A stretch of 64,000 bases of DNA, from contig OZ024743.1 in the NCBI GenBank assembly GCA_964016885.1, positions 263,438,001-263,502,000 of the forward strand, given 5' to 3'. A model generated the notes under the pieces. That model ran no database searches, was not told the DNA's origin, and saw only the letters and a program-made list of their open reading frames with translations. The stretch is from Eledone cirrhosa (lineage: Eukaryota). Below, piece by piece: positions 12,104-26,500 of this stretch (the first letter of the stretch is position 1; each line of letters opens with the position of its first letter). A program made the translations under genes and the position numbers.

Positions 12104-15100
12104 CTACAGGCTCATGTAAAGAGAAGGCCCATTCACACGGGCCATTCTCGCCACTTTCACCCACCTTTCATAAAAACGACTGGGGTACAGCACCTCTCTC
12201 TCCATCCTGATCCTTCTTCCGAATTGATATCGGAAGAAACGGACCAGTTGTTGGCCAGAGAGAAAGGTGCCTGACCTCAGTCCTTTCAGACGCGTCCACC
12301 ATACAACCTCTTTCGCCATGGCTATTACGCACAGAAACACCGCCTCTGCTTCATCTTTGAAGGGGGGAGGCGGCTTGATCATTACAATAGACTCGGTGGT
12401 CAACCGGATCGGTCCCACCCTTGACAGCAGTTGTTCGACATAGCCCCACAGTTCGGCTACGCCCGAGCAGTGTACCAATGCGTGTGCAACGGTTTCCTCG
12501 TCGCACACGCATCTGGGACAGATCTTTTTGGCGGGGTCCCTACCCGGGCGCCCGTGTCTGTAGAGCCTTTCTCGAACGGGTAAAGCTCCTCGGTAGCACT
12601 GCCAGGCCAGGGACTTCTGGAAGTTGTCCATAGGTCCCGGGCTGAATGTCCTACCGAACAGGCTGGCCAGTTCGTCCTCCTCCATGTCTAGGGCTTCTCC
12701 GAGGGCGTCGTCGCACCTGCTGCGTACCAGCCCTCTATAGAATGTTGCGGTGGAGTCTCCACTGATAACCGGATCCGCCTGCCAGAGGGCGGTGAGCGCC
12801 TGGGCACACTCAGTGTGCCAGGCGCCCAGTTTTCTCGGTCTTTGCTTGACCCAGGATAGCAGCTCGGTGAGTGAGACGAGTCTGGGAAAGGTTCGTCTCA
12901 CAAACGAGGCCCACACCGGTTGTCCGGTGAGGAATACGTAGAGGTGCCGTAGCCTTAATACGTGTTTACGCATCATTAGCCACGGCATCCCCAGCCCTCC
13001 TTTCGAAGGGTGTTGACAGCAGATGGATCTCCTCACCATAGGAGCCCGCCTCTTCCAAAGGAATTGGAAGAGTGCGCGCTCCATCTTGGTGAGGGTTTCC
13101 CTTGGGCAGGGCACTACGGTCAGGCGGTAGTAGATGACGGACGCTATGTAGGTGCTCGCCACCTCCGCCCGACCTTTCAGGGATAGTTTGCAACTGGCCC
13201 ACTTCTGGGTCAGTGCAAACACCCTGTTCGTCACCTCACCCCAGTTTTTCTCCACCTGGAGGTCCGGTCCGAACCAGACCCCGAGCAACTTCACCGGGCC
13301 CTCCGTCCAGCGTCCGACGACGCCATCGGAGGGCATCGGTCTGCCCCTCCACGTGCCGAGTTGCAAACCGATCGACTTGTCCCGGTTCAGCTTAGCCCCT
13401 GTGAACTTTTCGTACTCCTCCAGTAAGGTGCCGACCGCCTCGATTTCGGAGGCCGTCGACACCATTACTGTCACGTCATCGGCGTAGGCCGACACCGCTT
13501 TCCGCAATCCCGGTTCCAAAGGGATGCCCTGCAACAACTCCAACTTCCGCAGTAGTGGCTCGAGAGTCAACACATACAGAAGGGAGGAGAGAGGGCACCC
13601 TTGTCGGATGGACCGCACGATTTTGAACGGCTCCGAGAGATAGCCGTTCACCTTGACCCTAGAGCAGATGCGGCTGCTGTGCATAGCAGTGATCCAGCCC
13701 CTGAAAACGGGTCTGAAGCCTGCCGCCGCTAGCACCGCATCCAGGTAACCATGGTCGACCCTATCGAACGCCTTAGATTGATCCAAGTTGATCAGAGCCC
13801 CACCAAAGCCGGGTTCGTTCCCAACCCTCTCTATGATGTATCGCATGAGGTGGAGGTTGTCATGGATGGACCTGGACGGGATAGCGCATGTCTGCGCATC
13901 TCCCACCAGGTTGTCCACGACAAGCGCCAACCTCTTTGCTAGCACCTTGGCCAAAATCTGTAACTCTGTATTTAGCAGAGTTATGGGCCTGAAGTTACTT
14001 ATTTCGTCCCCCTTGTTCTCGTCCTTCCTCACTAGCGTGACTACGCCCTTGGTCACAGTACAGGGAATTCTCCCGTTCTGTTGCCAGTTGCAGTAGACCG
14101 CCTCGAGGAGATCGGGGAACAAGTCCGGCATAGCTAGATATAATTCGTAAGGAAGACCATCGAGACCCGGGGATTTGCGTTTGCCGCATTGGCTCAGCAC
14201 GTCCTCTATCTCAGCGGCCGAAATCGGCTCCTCGCAGGACTTCGCCTCCCTGTCCGAGAGGCGCGGCAGGCCGTCGAGGTATGGACCGAAGTCCACGTTC
14301 CCAACCGGCTCCCCGCCCCTCCCGAACAGTCGGGCAAAGTGCCTTTGAAATGCCTCACACATCTGCTTAGGCTCAAGAATCGCCCGTCCATCCAGGTCTC
14401 GCAAAGACCGGATGGTGGATTTAGTTCCACTGTTGGCCTCTGTCACGCGGGCCCAGCTAACAGCTTTGGTCCCCTCGTTCCCTAGAGCACGTATTTTACT
14501 TCGGACAACGCATCCTTCGTGCTTCGCGTCGAAAAACTGGCTCAAAGCCGTTCTCGACGCTAGCACTCTGGCCACGTCGCCGCTTCTAATTGCCTCTTCT
14601 ACTCTATCTATTAGCTCCCTTTCCTTCCTATTCCTATCCGCAGCTAGAACCTTACTAAATTCTATCGAGACTACTCTAATCTCTCTCTTTAGAGATACCC
14701 ACCACCTGCTGTTGACGATCGCTCCAGTCAACCGTTCCTTAACTAACGTACTAATCCGATTCCTGTAGGCTCTACTTGCCGGCAAGGACAAGTTGAGCTT
14801 CCAGTAACCGGGGCCCTGTCTATGAGTTCTGTCAAGGTTGACCATGCAGGTCACTAATTTGTGGTCTGAATAGCCAACCATGCGCATTTTTGGACAACTT
14901 AAAAAGTCCTTATCCTTAATTCTAACTAAGAACCTATCTAGGTACGACCTAGATGATCCGCTACGATTTGCCCAAGTCCAGGTTGGCGCAGTCGGAAAAT
15001 CTAGTCGATATCTATCGGCCAGGTCAAATCGACCGATTAACCCTTTGAGGCTATTACACCCCTCTCTATCGGGGCAGGCCCCTACGTAGTCCCAGCGTGC

Positions 15101-15541
15101 ATCTAGGATACCATTCCAGTCCCCCACTAATAGCAAGGAGCGGGACGTCCCTAGAAAAGTCTCCAGACGATGGAAGAAGTCCGGCCGCATTGACCCGAAA
15201 GGGCCCTAGGCGGCTACCAACCTAAACGCTCCGCCTTTACCACTGCCAAGGTCCAGAACCACTAGTCGACCCTCCGGGTCCAAATGTACCATCTGTGTTG
15301 CGAGACCCAGATGTTTTTGCAGCAGAACGACAACTCCACCCCCACCTCCGGGCTGACAGAGAGATGCGTGCATCTCAAAGTCATCAAAGGTGGGGGCCAG
15401 CTGTCGCACGTTGCTGATCCGGGCCTCGCAAATAACCATCACATCTATACGTTGTGACCTGAGGTCATTTAGAAGCATTGCTTGCTTCCAAGTTGAGCCC
15501 AGGCCACGCGCATTTAAACAGCCTACTCTTAGCATAGCCAT
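12104..15541 (-). pseudogene. Tx1-B ORF2: APE + reverse transcriptase + CCHC; one in-frame TAG at 15206-15208
   Basis: KSPGLDGL, FRPITLLN, LDQSKAFDRV, QGCPLS, YADD, CPRC..ETVAHALVHC. ORFs 15206-15565 and 12104-15190 are in the same frame. Confidence 0.95.
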
Positions 15542-15565
15542 GTTGGTGGTGAAGAGAAAAGGCAC

Positions 15566-17357
15566 TTACCTCTCTGCGTCCCGGGTATCGGGCTGCACAA
15601 TTTCCATTAGGGTGGGGGATGGGTTGTTGGGTGGGGTGGTGGTTTGTGGAAGTGTGGGGGCGTCAGTGTGTTGTGTGGTTGGGGAGCTTGGAGTTGTGTG
15701 GGTGTTTGGGGAGGGGGTGGGATAGTTTTTTAGGAGGACGCGGTTAATAGGCCCGACGCAGGGGGGACCCACGTCCTCTTTAAAATTGTTTTTTAAAGTT
15801 TTATAGGTGTTCTGTGGGGCCTTAATCATTTTGAGGTGGGGGAAATCCCCTGCCTGGGTGAAGTTAGGCCCTTGTGTTTTTATTAGATTGTTGTTGTACA
15901 CAATGTTTAACAGTTTTTTGTTTCTTGTGTTTATGTATGTGTATGTATGTTTTTGTTTTTGTGTGGTGTTTTTTGTTTGCTGTTGTTGTGAGCTCTTTTG
16001 TGTTGGTGTCAGTGTTATGTTTTGGGGAGGGTTTTTTTTTCATTTGTGTGTCTGAGGTGTGTTTTCTTTTTTTTCTTTTGATTGTGTGGAAGTGCTCCTC
16101 CTCGTCTGACGACGAACTAGGGTCATCTTCCGCGTTGGAGGGGAGGGGTATATTTTCGGGTTGTGTTTGCGGTACGGGTGTTTTGGAAATTGTTTTTGTT
16201 TTTTGAGTGGAGGGGATGGGTTGGACATTGTTTTGTTTTGGTTTGAGCTGTGGTGGTTGTTTTTGTAGTGGTAGTTGTGGTGATTGTGTTGGTTGTGCAG
16301 TTGTTGGTGGTGTAGGTAGGATTGGGGTTTTCTTATTAAGTTGGGGACAGACAGCCCTCAGGTGACCTCTGGTTCCGCAGAGGTAACACGAGGGCCGTCT
16401 ACCCTCAACGGTAATGTTGATGAAGGTTAGATCATCCAGTATGACGCGTTCAGGGATCTGGGCGATCCTTTCGGGCCTCATTTGAACTACAAGTTCGAGG
16501 CTCGTTCCACTGAACGCGTCACCCGATGCCTTTCCCATGGACACCAGCATGTCATCCTCCAGGTCCAGAAAACCTGTCAAAACCCACCATATGTCCATAA
16601 TCGGCAGGATGGTGTGGATTTTTATTTTTTGTGTTCTTCTACCCATGTACGTAGGGTAGAAGGTGTATGCGGTGGATGTGATTGGTTTGATGGACAGTTT
16701 CACTGCTGTGTCCCTGTCCTTCATGAGAATGGATAGACTCCCGTAGAGTCTATCCTTCTGAATGAAGGTGATGTCCTTCATGACGTCTTTTAAAACCAGC
16801 TCTATCTCGTTCTGTGATGGTTGAGCTGGTTTTTTACTTTTGTTCGAGATTGTCCTAAACATGACCGTGTTTAGGAGTCTCTGGCTTTTTAGTTCCGGGG
16901 GGGGGGGGGAATGGATTGTGAATGAACCATTTTCTCCGTACACTATATATTTTTTCGCATCCGCCAGTAGCTCCTTCGCTTTTGTTATATCTACTGGCAG
17001 ATAGTCGAGGGTTTTCCTTGTCGTCTCGGCGAAGGAGAAATTTTGTTTGTTTGTGTTGTTGTTGTCGTTGGTGGTGTTGTTGTTATCATTGTTGTTGTTG
17101 TCACCGTTATTGGTCTTGTTGTTGTTATTGTTATTGGTGTTGTTTTCGTCCGTCGCATTGTTGTTGTTGTTGCTGTTGCTGCTGGTTCTTTGGGTTGTTG
17201 CCATGGCAACGTCAAGTTGTCGGTTAACAGGTGGAGAGAATTCTTCCTCTGGCTGACCTTTCTTCTTGACCTCTGCTACTGTGACAGTGGCAGGGGGAAG
17301 CTGTAAGTTCATCTTCCCCTTTCCTCCTTCGAATTTTGGTGAAGAAGCTTCGGCCAT
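15566..17357 (-). pseudogene. Tx1-B ORF1 (497-aa frame plus frameshifted C-terminus)
   Basis: Poly-Asn N-terminus, EGRRPSCYLCGTRGHLRAVC knuckle, Pro/Thr/Lys-rich tail. The C-terminal frame 15566-15901 is homologous to 10922-11212. Confidence 0.85.
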
Positions 17358-17565
17358 TTAAAAAAAATATTGACTTTTCAACAAGAAAAAACTTTTTTGT
17401 TTTTTTGTTTAACTATTTCGCCTAAAGGCGTAGAATATTTTGAGAGACTGACCAGATCAAAGTTTGACCTGGCAGTCCCTCTACAAAATGGTACAAAAAT
17501 TAAAGTTATCAGACAAGAATTTCTATAGAAATTTAAACAGAACTTACTCAGCAAGTTATACGCGT

Positions 17566-20340
17566 GTGAGACTGTAAGCTGTCCACGTTTTGTAACGGTC
17601 GCCTATTAAGATCACAACATTGTGATCTGTATGGTCGACCTAGATAAGACGCGTAGGTTAGGACCTGGTTACTGGAAGCTAAACATGTCATTTCTGGCAC
17701 GTAAGGCTTACAGGGACCAGGTCAACAATTTAGTTAAGAAAAAGTTGACAGGGGGAGTCGTCAACAATAGATGGTGGGGGGCTCTCAAAAGAGAGATTAG
17801 AGTAATGTCGATAGAGTTTAGCAAAGAAGTAGCATTAGAGAAAAATAGAAAGGAGGGAGAGTTGGTAGATAAGTTAGACGAGGCTATTGGTAGTGGCATT
17901 GCAACTGATGTGCTAGCGGCGAGAATGGCATTAGACCATTTCTTCAATGCGAAACACGAAGGTTGCATTGTCAGAGCTAAGGCGCGTGCTCTGAGAAACG
18001 AGGGAACCAAAGCTGTTCGATGGGCCCGCGTGGCAGAGGCGCAGCGTGGTAATAAAACAGCGATTCAGTCTTTGACGGACCGAGACGGGCTCGAGCTGAA
18101 CGATTCCAAGAGGATGTGTGAGGCCTTTCGCCAACATTTTGCTCGGTTGTTCGGGGGAAGTGGCGAGTCAGAGATGCTGGCGTACTTCAGTCCCTACCTC
18201 GATGGATTGCCGCAACTCTCGACGGCTGACGCAGGGCGCTGCGAAAGGCCAATTACTTCAGCCGAGATTCAGGATGACCTTGTAGGCTGCATGAGGCGCA
18301 AGTCACCCGGTTTGGATGGTCTGCCCTACGAGCTTTACGTAAATATGCCAGACTTGTTCTCCAATCTCCTCGAAGCCCTATACTGCAACTGGCAGAAAAA
18401 CGGGAGTATTCCCAGTTCTGTGAGCCGGGGCGTAGTGACGCTGATAAGGAAAGACGAGAACAAGAGGGACACATTAGACAATTTCAGGCCCATAACTCTG
18501 CTCAACACAGAGTTTAAGATTTTGGCCAGGGTGTTAGCGAAGAGGTTGGCGCTTGTCGTCGGGGATTTGGTGGGGAGGCGATAACTTGCGTAATCCCAAC
18601 CAGGTCCATACACGACAACCTCCACCTAATGCGATACATCATAGATAGGGTAGGGTGTAAACCTGGTTTTGGTGGGGCTCTGATCAATTTAGATCAATCG
18701 AAAGCATTCGATAGGGTCGACCATCGGTACCTGGAGGCTGTCCTCAAGGCGGCTGGCTTCGGCCCCGTCTTCAGAAGCTGGATCGCTGCAATGCACAGCG
18801 GCACCTGCACGATGGTCAAAATAAATGGCCACCTCTCGGAACCGTTTCAGGTCTCCCGATCGGTCCGTCAAGGGTGCCCTCTCTCCTCCATTCTGTACGT
18901 AATGACTCTCGAGCCTTTACTGCGGAAGTTGGAGCTGTTGCAGGGCATCCCGCTCGAACCGGGACGCGGAAAGGCTGTGTCGGCTTATGCGGACGACATC
19001 ACCGTGATGGTGTCGGACACCTCAGAAATCGAGGTGGTCGGCAATTTATTGGAGGAATATGAAAGGTTGACGGGAGCAAAACTTAACCCGGAAAAGTCAG
19101 TAGGCTTGCATCTCGGCACCTGGAGAGGCAAGTCCATGCCGTCCAACAGCGTCGTTAGGCGCTGGACGGACGGACCAGTAAAGTTGCTAGGGGTTTGGTT
19201 CGGGCCAGACCTCCAGGTGGATAAGAATTGGGACGAGGTGACGGGCAGGGTAGTCAGTCTCACCCAGAAATGGGCTGGGATGAAGCTATCACTGAAAGGT
19301 CGGGCAGATGTGGCGAACGCGAACATCGCGTCCGTCATCTACTACCGTCTGACTCGTCCCTTGTCCCCGTTCGCGCCTCGCCATCTTGGAGCGGCTCCTC
19401 TTCAAATTCTTGTGGAGGGGTCAGATTCTGCTGGTGAGGCGGTCCATCTGCTGCCAGCACCCTCTACGTGGATGGCTGGGTATGCCGTGGCTAATGATGC
19501 GCAGGCACGCGCTGAGGCTGCGGCGTCTCCAGATATTCTGCCTAAACGGAGAACAGGTGTGGTCGCCGTTTGTCAGACGGGCCTTTCCGCAGCTCGTTTC
19601 TTTGACTGAGTTGCAGTCCTGGGTCAAGAAGAGACCGAGACTGGGTGACTGGCATCTGGAATGTTGCCAGGCACTCACTGCCCTCTACCAGGCGGGCAAT
19701 GCGGTCAGTGGAACTTCCACTCTCGAGTTCTATAGAGGATTAGTGGTGGGCAAGTGCGACGACGCACTCGGAGAGGCTCTGGGAGTCAACGAAGTCGAAC
19801 TAACCAGTCTGTACCGGAGGACTTTCGAGCCGGGGACGATGGATAATTTCCAAAAATCCCTCGCTTGGCAGTGCTACCGGGGGCACTGCCGGTTCGAGAT
19901 AAACTCTACAGGCACGAGTGCTGTCAGACGGACCTGCGCAGATTGACGAAAGCCTTCTGCACGCACTCGTCCAGTGTCCGTGCATTACTGACTTGTGGAG
20001 TTATGTTGAACAACTTTTGTCGCGTGTAGAACGGATCCGGCTATCGGCCGAGTCCATAGTGAAGATCGACCGGCCGTCTTCTTTTGGCCAGGAAGGGCAG
20101 GCAATTTTCCTCTGTCTGGTGGCAGTAGCGAAAGAGGTTGTATGGTGGACGAGGTTGAAAGGACTGAAGACAGACACTTTTCTCTTCGGCCAATCCCTCA
20201 TCAACTTTTTCAAGTTTCACTTGGAAAGGAAGGTGAGAGTGGAGAGAGAAGTGCTGCCCCCCAGTACATTTGCTGAAAGGTGGGTGAATGTGGCGAGAAT
20301 GGCCCGTGTGAGTGGGCCTACTCTGGTCATGCGGCTGTAG
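17566..20340 (+). pseudogene. Tx1-A ORF2 3' part (end of APE, RT, C-terminus), frameshifted
   Basis: Resumes ...VSCP...DH exactly where the 5' part stops. PGYWKLN, QGCPLS and YADD are present. Confidence 0.9.
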
Positions 20341-20593
20341 GTAGGTAAATTTGAAGAGGAGAGGGTGCTCTTCCAGGGTGCTCTCGAAGCGTCGGGTCGT
20401 TCAGGACTGGTGGGGTACCTGAGCGAACCCTAGGTGGTCATCCCCCCTATTGGGGAATTTTTTTCTTGTAATTTTATTGTTACTTTACTGTTACTTTGTT
20501 ATTGTAACTTTGTTTATTCATATTGTTTACTCGATTTTTCTGTAAAACCCCACTGTCCCAGTCTTTTGTATTTTCCCCTATATGTCGGCCCTT

Positions 20594-20646
<53 letters not shown>

Positions 20647-23594
20647 GGTTGGTGAAGCCACGTTTCTTATCGCCTCCAGTCTTTTTCAACGTTTTACCTC
20701 TTTTTCAACCGTTCTAAACCTTTTATTCAAGATTTAAATCTGATAAAAGTTTAGAAGAAGTGACCCACCTAATACAGGGGTTCACTAGTAAATAATACGG
20801 CACCCCTTTACGGGGTGTCGTGTTCGTATTTGTGTAAAAATTATTTTTTGAAAAATTTCAACATGGATAACACAAAAAAGAGAGAGTGCTGTCAGACAAC
20901 ACAGAGAGAGGGAGACTTTATCAGCATGTCAACAAGACAGCGTTCCAGCGGAGGTAAATATAAACGAAAATTGTTACAGATTTCAAATTAACAAATATTT
21001 CTAACACATACAACACCAACAATAACACCAACAACAACACCAAAAATAACAGCGGTAAAGTCGAGAACGACAATAACAAAAATAACAGCGGTAAGGTCGA
21101 GAAGGACAATAACAAAAATAACAGCGGTAAGGTCGAGAACGACAATAACAATGACAATAACAACAGCCACAACAACAATAATAGTAGGAACAGTATCAAC
21201 AAAAACAACAATAATAACAATAGCCACAATAACAGTAACAGCCACAACAGTATCAACGAAAACAACACCAACAACTGTACCAGCGAAAAGAACAACAATG
21301 ACACCGATACCTGTAATAGCGACCTCAACACCACCAGTAAGACCAGTAGCGGCAGTAATAGTGGCGCTGCTGAAAAAGGGACCACTTCTTTTGCAGGTGT
21401 CGCCCGAAATATCGAGACAGTGTTAGTCACAGAGGAGGAGATGGCAGTCGAAAGGGCCATGGTGACAAGAAGCGCAAATAGAGTTTCCCTGAAACCTCCA
21501 CCCGATTTTTTCAAGGACCAGCAGCTACGAACGGTGACTTACCGCACCGTAAGCAAAATCTCACATCGAGTGGAGAGAGCCACGCTGGCTCAAATCCAAA
21601 AGGCCTTGGGGTGTGTCTGGGCACGTAAAACCCACATCACCCGAGGCAGAAAGTACACCACAGTAGACGTACTTTTCGCCACCCCCCAGGAAGCAAAGTC
21701 TCACCCTTTGGAAACCCTAAAGAGTGAAGAGTTAGTCTTGGTGCCCTCCTACTGCGGGCAGAAAATTGTGAGGGTCAAAGTGACCCAGGTCCCACCCGAC
21801 GTGCCCATACCTTGGCTGGCCACGTCTGTCCTTGCTGGAATTGAGAACAGGGCGACCATGCTGCATGTAGAAAAAAATAGGGAGAGAGAACTGGTCAGGT
21901 ATAGGCATGCAAATGCTTATACAAACTGACCAGGAATGTATCGAGGCAATCCTCGATATCATAGACATCGAGGAAGGACTCCAACTCCCTATAAGTGTAG
22001 AAGGAAGACGGCCAAAATGTTATCTCTGTGGGTCGAAAGGTCACCTCAGGGCCTTTTGCCCGCAGAAGACACCGAAGAGGGCCCCTCTCCTTCCAATACC
22101 TGGTCCGCTGCTACCAAGAGCAGGACAGGCAACAAACGAAGAAGCCCCTTCAACGGTGAGTAGGAGGGCAACGTCCGTAGCACCCGTACCAAGGCCACGG
22201 ATAACTAAAGCAGCATCATCAGTAGCGGCAACACCAATAGCTACATTTGAAATAGCTACACCAGTAACAACATTGCCGAAGAGGGCTCCACTACCACCAC
22301 CAACAGCCGTGGAGCACATACCCCTCCCAGACGCCACAGAATCCGACATGGAGTTTGAGGCGGGAGTGACGTGGCAAACAGTCTGCCACAAAAAACAAAA
22401 AACAAAAAAACCCTTAGATTCACCCTCCAAAAGCGAAGGCATACAAAGAGGGGTAAAGGCAGCAAGGAAACTTGCAGCAACACCACCACAAACACCAACA
22501 ACGCAAACACAACTAGACGCACACACCAAACAGCAACAAGAAGAAAACGGCAACAAAATCACCCCTCCCCCCAAAAAGTACACAGCCATAAACATAGCAA
22601 AAAAAAAACTCATAAAATATATAAAGCAGCACACAGACATCACGGAAAACAATTACCACACCCCACCAACACCAAGAACTCTCCCGACAAACATAAGCAT
22701 CATCGAAATCTCATTAGAACAATAAAAAACTTTAAAACAAAAATTCCCCAACGCAGTTGGAGACTTCAGAGGGACGGTTACCAAGAGGATATACACTGAC
22801 ATCCTATTGGAAACACCCATGACCAGCGAAAGGGACGGTTCTACTGTCCCTTCACCACACGAACAAGGTAAGTTACCCTTTCTCATTTGCCCCGTTTCTC
22901 ATCCAACATGGCTGTACTCAGAATAGGAAGTATAAATGCACGTGGCCTGGGTCATCTTGGAAGCAGGGTCACCTGTTCAATGACCTCAGGTCACTAAACA
23001 TAGATGTGGTGGCCATCAGTGAAACCAGATTCTCCGAGGCACGGGCCTTCGCACCGATCTTTGGCGGCTACGATGTATACGCATCTCCCAGCCGTCCAGG
23101 ATCGGGGGGAGGGGTGGCCGTCCTTTTTCGGAGAGGCTTGGATCTCGCGATACGGGCCATCTTCCTGTACCCAGAAGGTAAGTCGGTGGTGCTGGACGTG
23201 ACCGGCAATGAAGGCAATGCTTTCAGGCTAGTAGCCGTCTACGCCCCAGCAGGGGCAGGACGGCCAGATTTCTTCAGACGTCTAGAGACCTTTCTTGGAA
23301 CGTCCCGCTCTTTAGTGTTAGTGGGCGACTGGAACAGTATCTTGGATGCACGCTGGGATCGTGTGGGGCTAGTGGACAGGGGAGGAGGGTGCAAGAGCCT
23401 CACCAACCTGCTCAGACGTTTTGAACTGTCTGATAGGTATCGACTGGATCACCCGAATGTGCCAATGTGGACATGGACAAACCGCATCGGGTCATCCAGA
23501 TCGTATCTAGATAGGGTATTCCGCAGGGAACTAGATAAGGCTAGTATAAGTTGTCCACAATTTAAAATAGTCGACTACACAGACCACAAATTTG
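20647..23594 (+). mobile_element. L1/Tx1-clade LINE copy C, 3'-truncated after the APE domain
   Basis: Starts after (ATT)n. Disrupted ORF1 from ATG 20863 (EGRRPKCYLCGSKGHLRAFC). ORF2 from ATG 22908 breaks off at YTDHKF. Confidence 0.9.
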
Positions 23595-26500
23595 ATGGGG
23601 CAGGTCAAAATGCTTACACATTATCCAATGTATGTATTGTGCAGCTCTGTCATGCGTGTTTAGGTATTCGGTTGGAGCTATAGGACTGCACATTGAAATT
23701 ATATGGTCAATGGTCTCTGGTTGTTTTTTGCATACACGGCATAATGGGCTGCATCCATTTTTTATTATGTTGGCTTGGTAATTTTTGTTGGCAGACACTG
23801 ATCTTGTGCTGATATAATCAGTCCTTCAGTCTCCGATTTCAGTCCAGAGGATGCCAACCACTGATGGGTTAAAGTTTTGTCAACATCAGGATTGTTAGCT
23901 CGTTCTGGATATTTTCCATACAGAGGCTTTTCTTGCCATTTCTTAGCCAGTTTCTGTAGCAGTTCTTTCTTTGCAGTTACTTTTACCTGCTTTGCTTTTT
24001 CTGTGTTTTCCATTTCAGCAGTAAATGGGACTTCTGAAATTTGTAGTCCATTACTGTATCTTTGTGCAACTTTTGTAATGAAATATGATCTTTTGATGCT
24101 TTGGTGTTTCAAAACGAGTTTGATCATCCAATCATGTGATTCCCTTAGATATGTAGATAATCCAATTGTTGCAGTTTTCAACGCAATGTCTAACTGGACT
24201 AACCCACGCCCTCCTTCTTTCCTAGGGCGATATATTCTATCTATATCTGCCTTAGGGTGATGCATTCTGTGCATGGTTAAGAATTTTCTAATTTTTGTAT
24301 CGAGCCTACGGATCTCTGTGCTTGACCAGTTGACGACATTGTAACTGTAAGTTACTACTGGTATGGCAAGCGTGTTTATGGCATCGATCCTATTCCTTGC
24401 ATTCAATTCCGTTCTTAAGATTGCTCCTACTCTGCGGTAACATTCCTTCCTTATCCTTTCCCTCATTGTCGAGTGCTTGATTCCGTCTCCTTCACAAACA
24501 CCTAGATATTTGTAAGTTTTTTCTTGATCAAGTTCTCTTATCACGTTCCCCCGATCAAGATTAATGTCTGAACACTACAGCAGCTTTCCTCTGGTGAACG
24601 TTGCTTTGGCGCATTTATCTAGTCCAAACTCCATTTTAATGTCATCACTGAACTGCTCCACAGTGGATAATAGCCCTTGCAATTGTTCATCATTTTTTGC
24701 AAATAGTTTCAGGTCATCCATGTAGAACAAGTGATTAATGGTTTTGTCATAGACTCTATATCCATGTTTTGTTTCATTGAGCATTTTACTTAATGGTATA
24801 AGTGCGATGTCGAATAAAAGCGGTGATAAAGAGTCACCCTGAAAAATTCCACAATTAATATTAACTTCTCCAGCTTCCAGTGATTTTGTTTCACTATTCA
24901 AAAGGAGTGTCGTTTTCCATGTCTTCATACATAATGACAAAAACCTCCTGACAACGGGGGACATTTTGAAAATCTCTAAACATTTTTCAATCCAACTGTG
25001 TGGCAAACTATCGAATGCTTTTTTATAATCTATCCAAGCAATTGATAGATTTTTGTGTCTATTATGACAATCTTCCAGTATCATTTTGTTAACCAAAAGC
25101 TGATCCTTGCAGCCATATGAGCCTCGTTTACACCCTTTCTGCTCAATGGGAAATAGCTCATTTGTTATCAGGTGGTCATATGTGTATTCAGTTAGGACTG
25201 ATATTAAAATTTTATACATTGTGGTCAAGCAAATTATCGGTCTGTAATTTTTGGGATTGTTTGTCTCATCATTCTTCGGAAGCAGGAATGTAATGCCGTT
25301 AACTAGCCATGATGGTATCTTTTCTGGCTCCTTAACTATTTCATTGTAAAGTTGGGCTAACAGCTCATGAGACTCTGTGAAGGCATTTATCCAAAAGTTT
25401 TGTATTTTTTCTTTTCCTGGGGATTTCCATTTGCTGGTTTTTCTTAGAGCCAAGCGCAACTGTTCAACTGTTATATTTTCCCATATTTGTTCCTCAAGGT
25501 GAGCTGTATCTTTCATTTGTCTGTCTATCCATGGGGCATGTATGTTATGAACTTTTTCTTCGGCCCAGATCTTTTCCCAGAATTCTTGCACTTCCTCCTT
25601 GGGTGGTATTGATTTAGCAGTTATTGTTGACTTACCAATTTTTCTGTAGAAGTTTCTTTGGTTGTTTTTGAACATATTATTGTCCTTATAGAATCTAGAT
25701 CGTTTTTCAAAGCGCCTTATACGAGCAGCTTTGGCCGACACTTTTTGCTTGATTATTTATATCAGCATGTCTATGTCACTTGTTGATTTTATACTATACT
25801 TTCTTTTCAATTTTCTAAGTTTAGTTTGTTTAACATGTTCACCTACTTTATAGTTTGTTAAAATTTCTATGTCAGATCGGAGAAGGTTTATTTGGCGATT
25901 GATGTTCTCTTGCCAAGTAGATTTCTTGTGGGAATTTCTTTGTTTTTTCATCTTCACTCCACATAAGTGAGTGGTGACTTTAGCCGATGTATAATAGAGA
26001 TGATTTAAATCAGTAATGTTTAGATTGTTTGTGATGATAATGTTTTTGAGAATTATGTTAGTCTTGTGTATTATCTTTTGGTTCTGTTTGGAGTTCTGGA
26101 TCTTAGGGAGGGTGTCTCGTTGCCCATGTCAGATTCTTTCATTTTCATCCATTCGATCATAATTTCATCCTTCAAGTTGGCAAGTTCATTCTCATTCATT
26201 TCTTTATCATTTACGATCTCATTATTTTTATTTGGAGTTACATCTTGAGCATGCACTCCCTCCACTTTTTCGATCCTTTCTTTAATTTGTTCTGTTGCCA
26301 GTGATTCCGCCCCAACCCTGGGATTCGAAGTGTTACAATTTACCTCGTTTTCACTAACACATGTTTCATTTTCCCTTAGCTGACTTTGTGCTAATAGCTT
26401 GATCTGATCAATTTCTATATCAGTTAGTAACTTTTTTTTTTACAATATTTCTTCGTATATTGGCTAGTTTGTTACTGTCAATATAGCCTCTGTTTTCGGG

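Larger units (their letters stand above)
11785..17565 (-). mobile_element. L1/Tx1-clade LINE copy B, full length, nested antisense in copy A
   Basis: 5'UTR, ORF1 (ATG 17357), ORF2 (ATG 15541), and a 3'UTR ending gcaAATAAAagaaaca. Confidence 0.92.
9031..20595 (+). mobile_element. L1/Tx1-clade LINE copy A, interrupted by nested copy B
   Basis: Starts after (ATT)n and ends before (ATT)n. ORF1 and APE-RT-ZnF ORF2 are split at 11784/17566. Confidence 0.9.
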
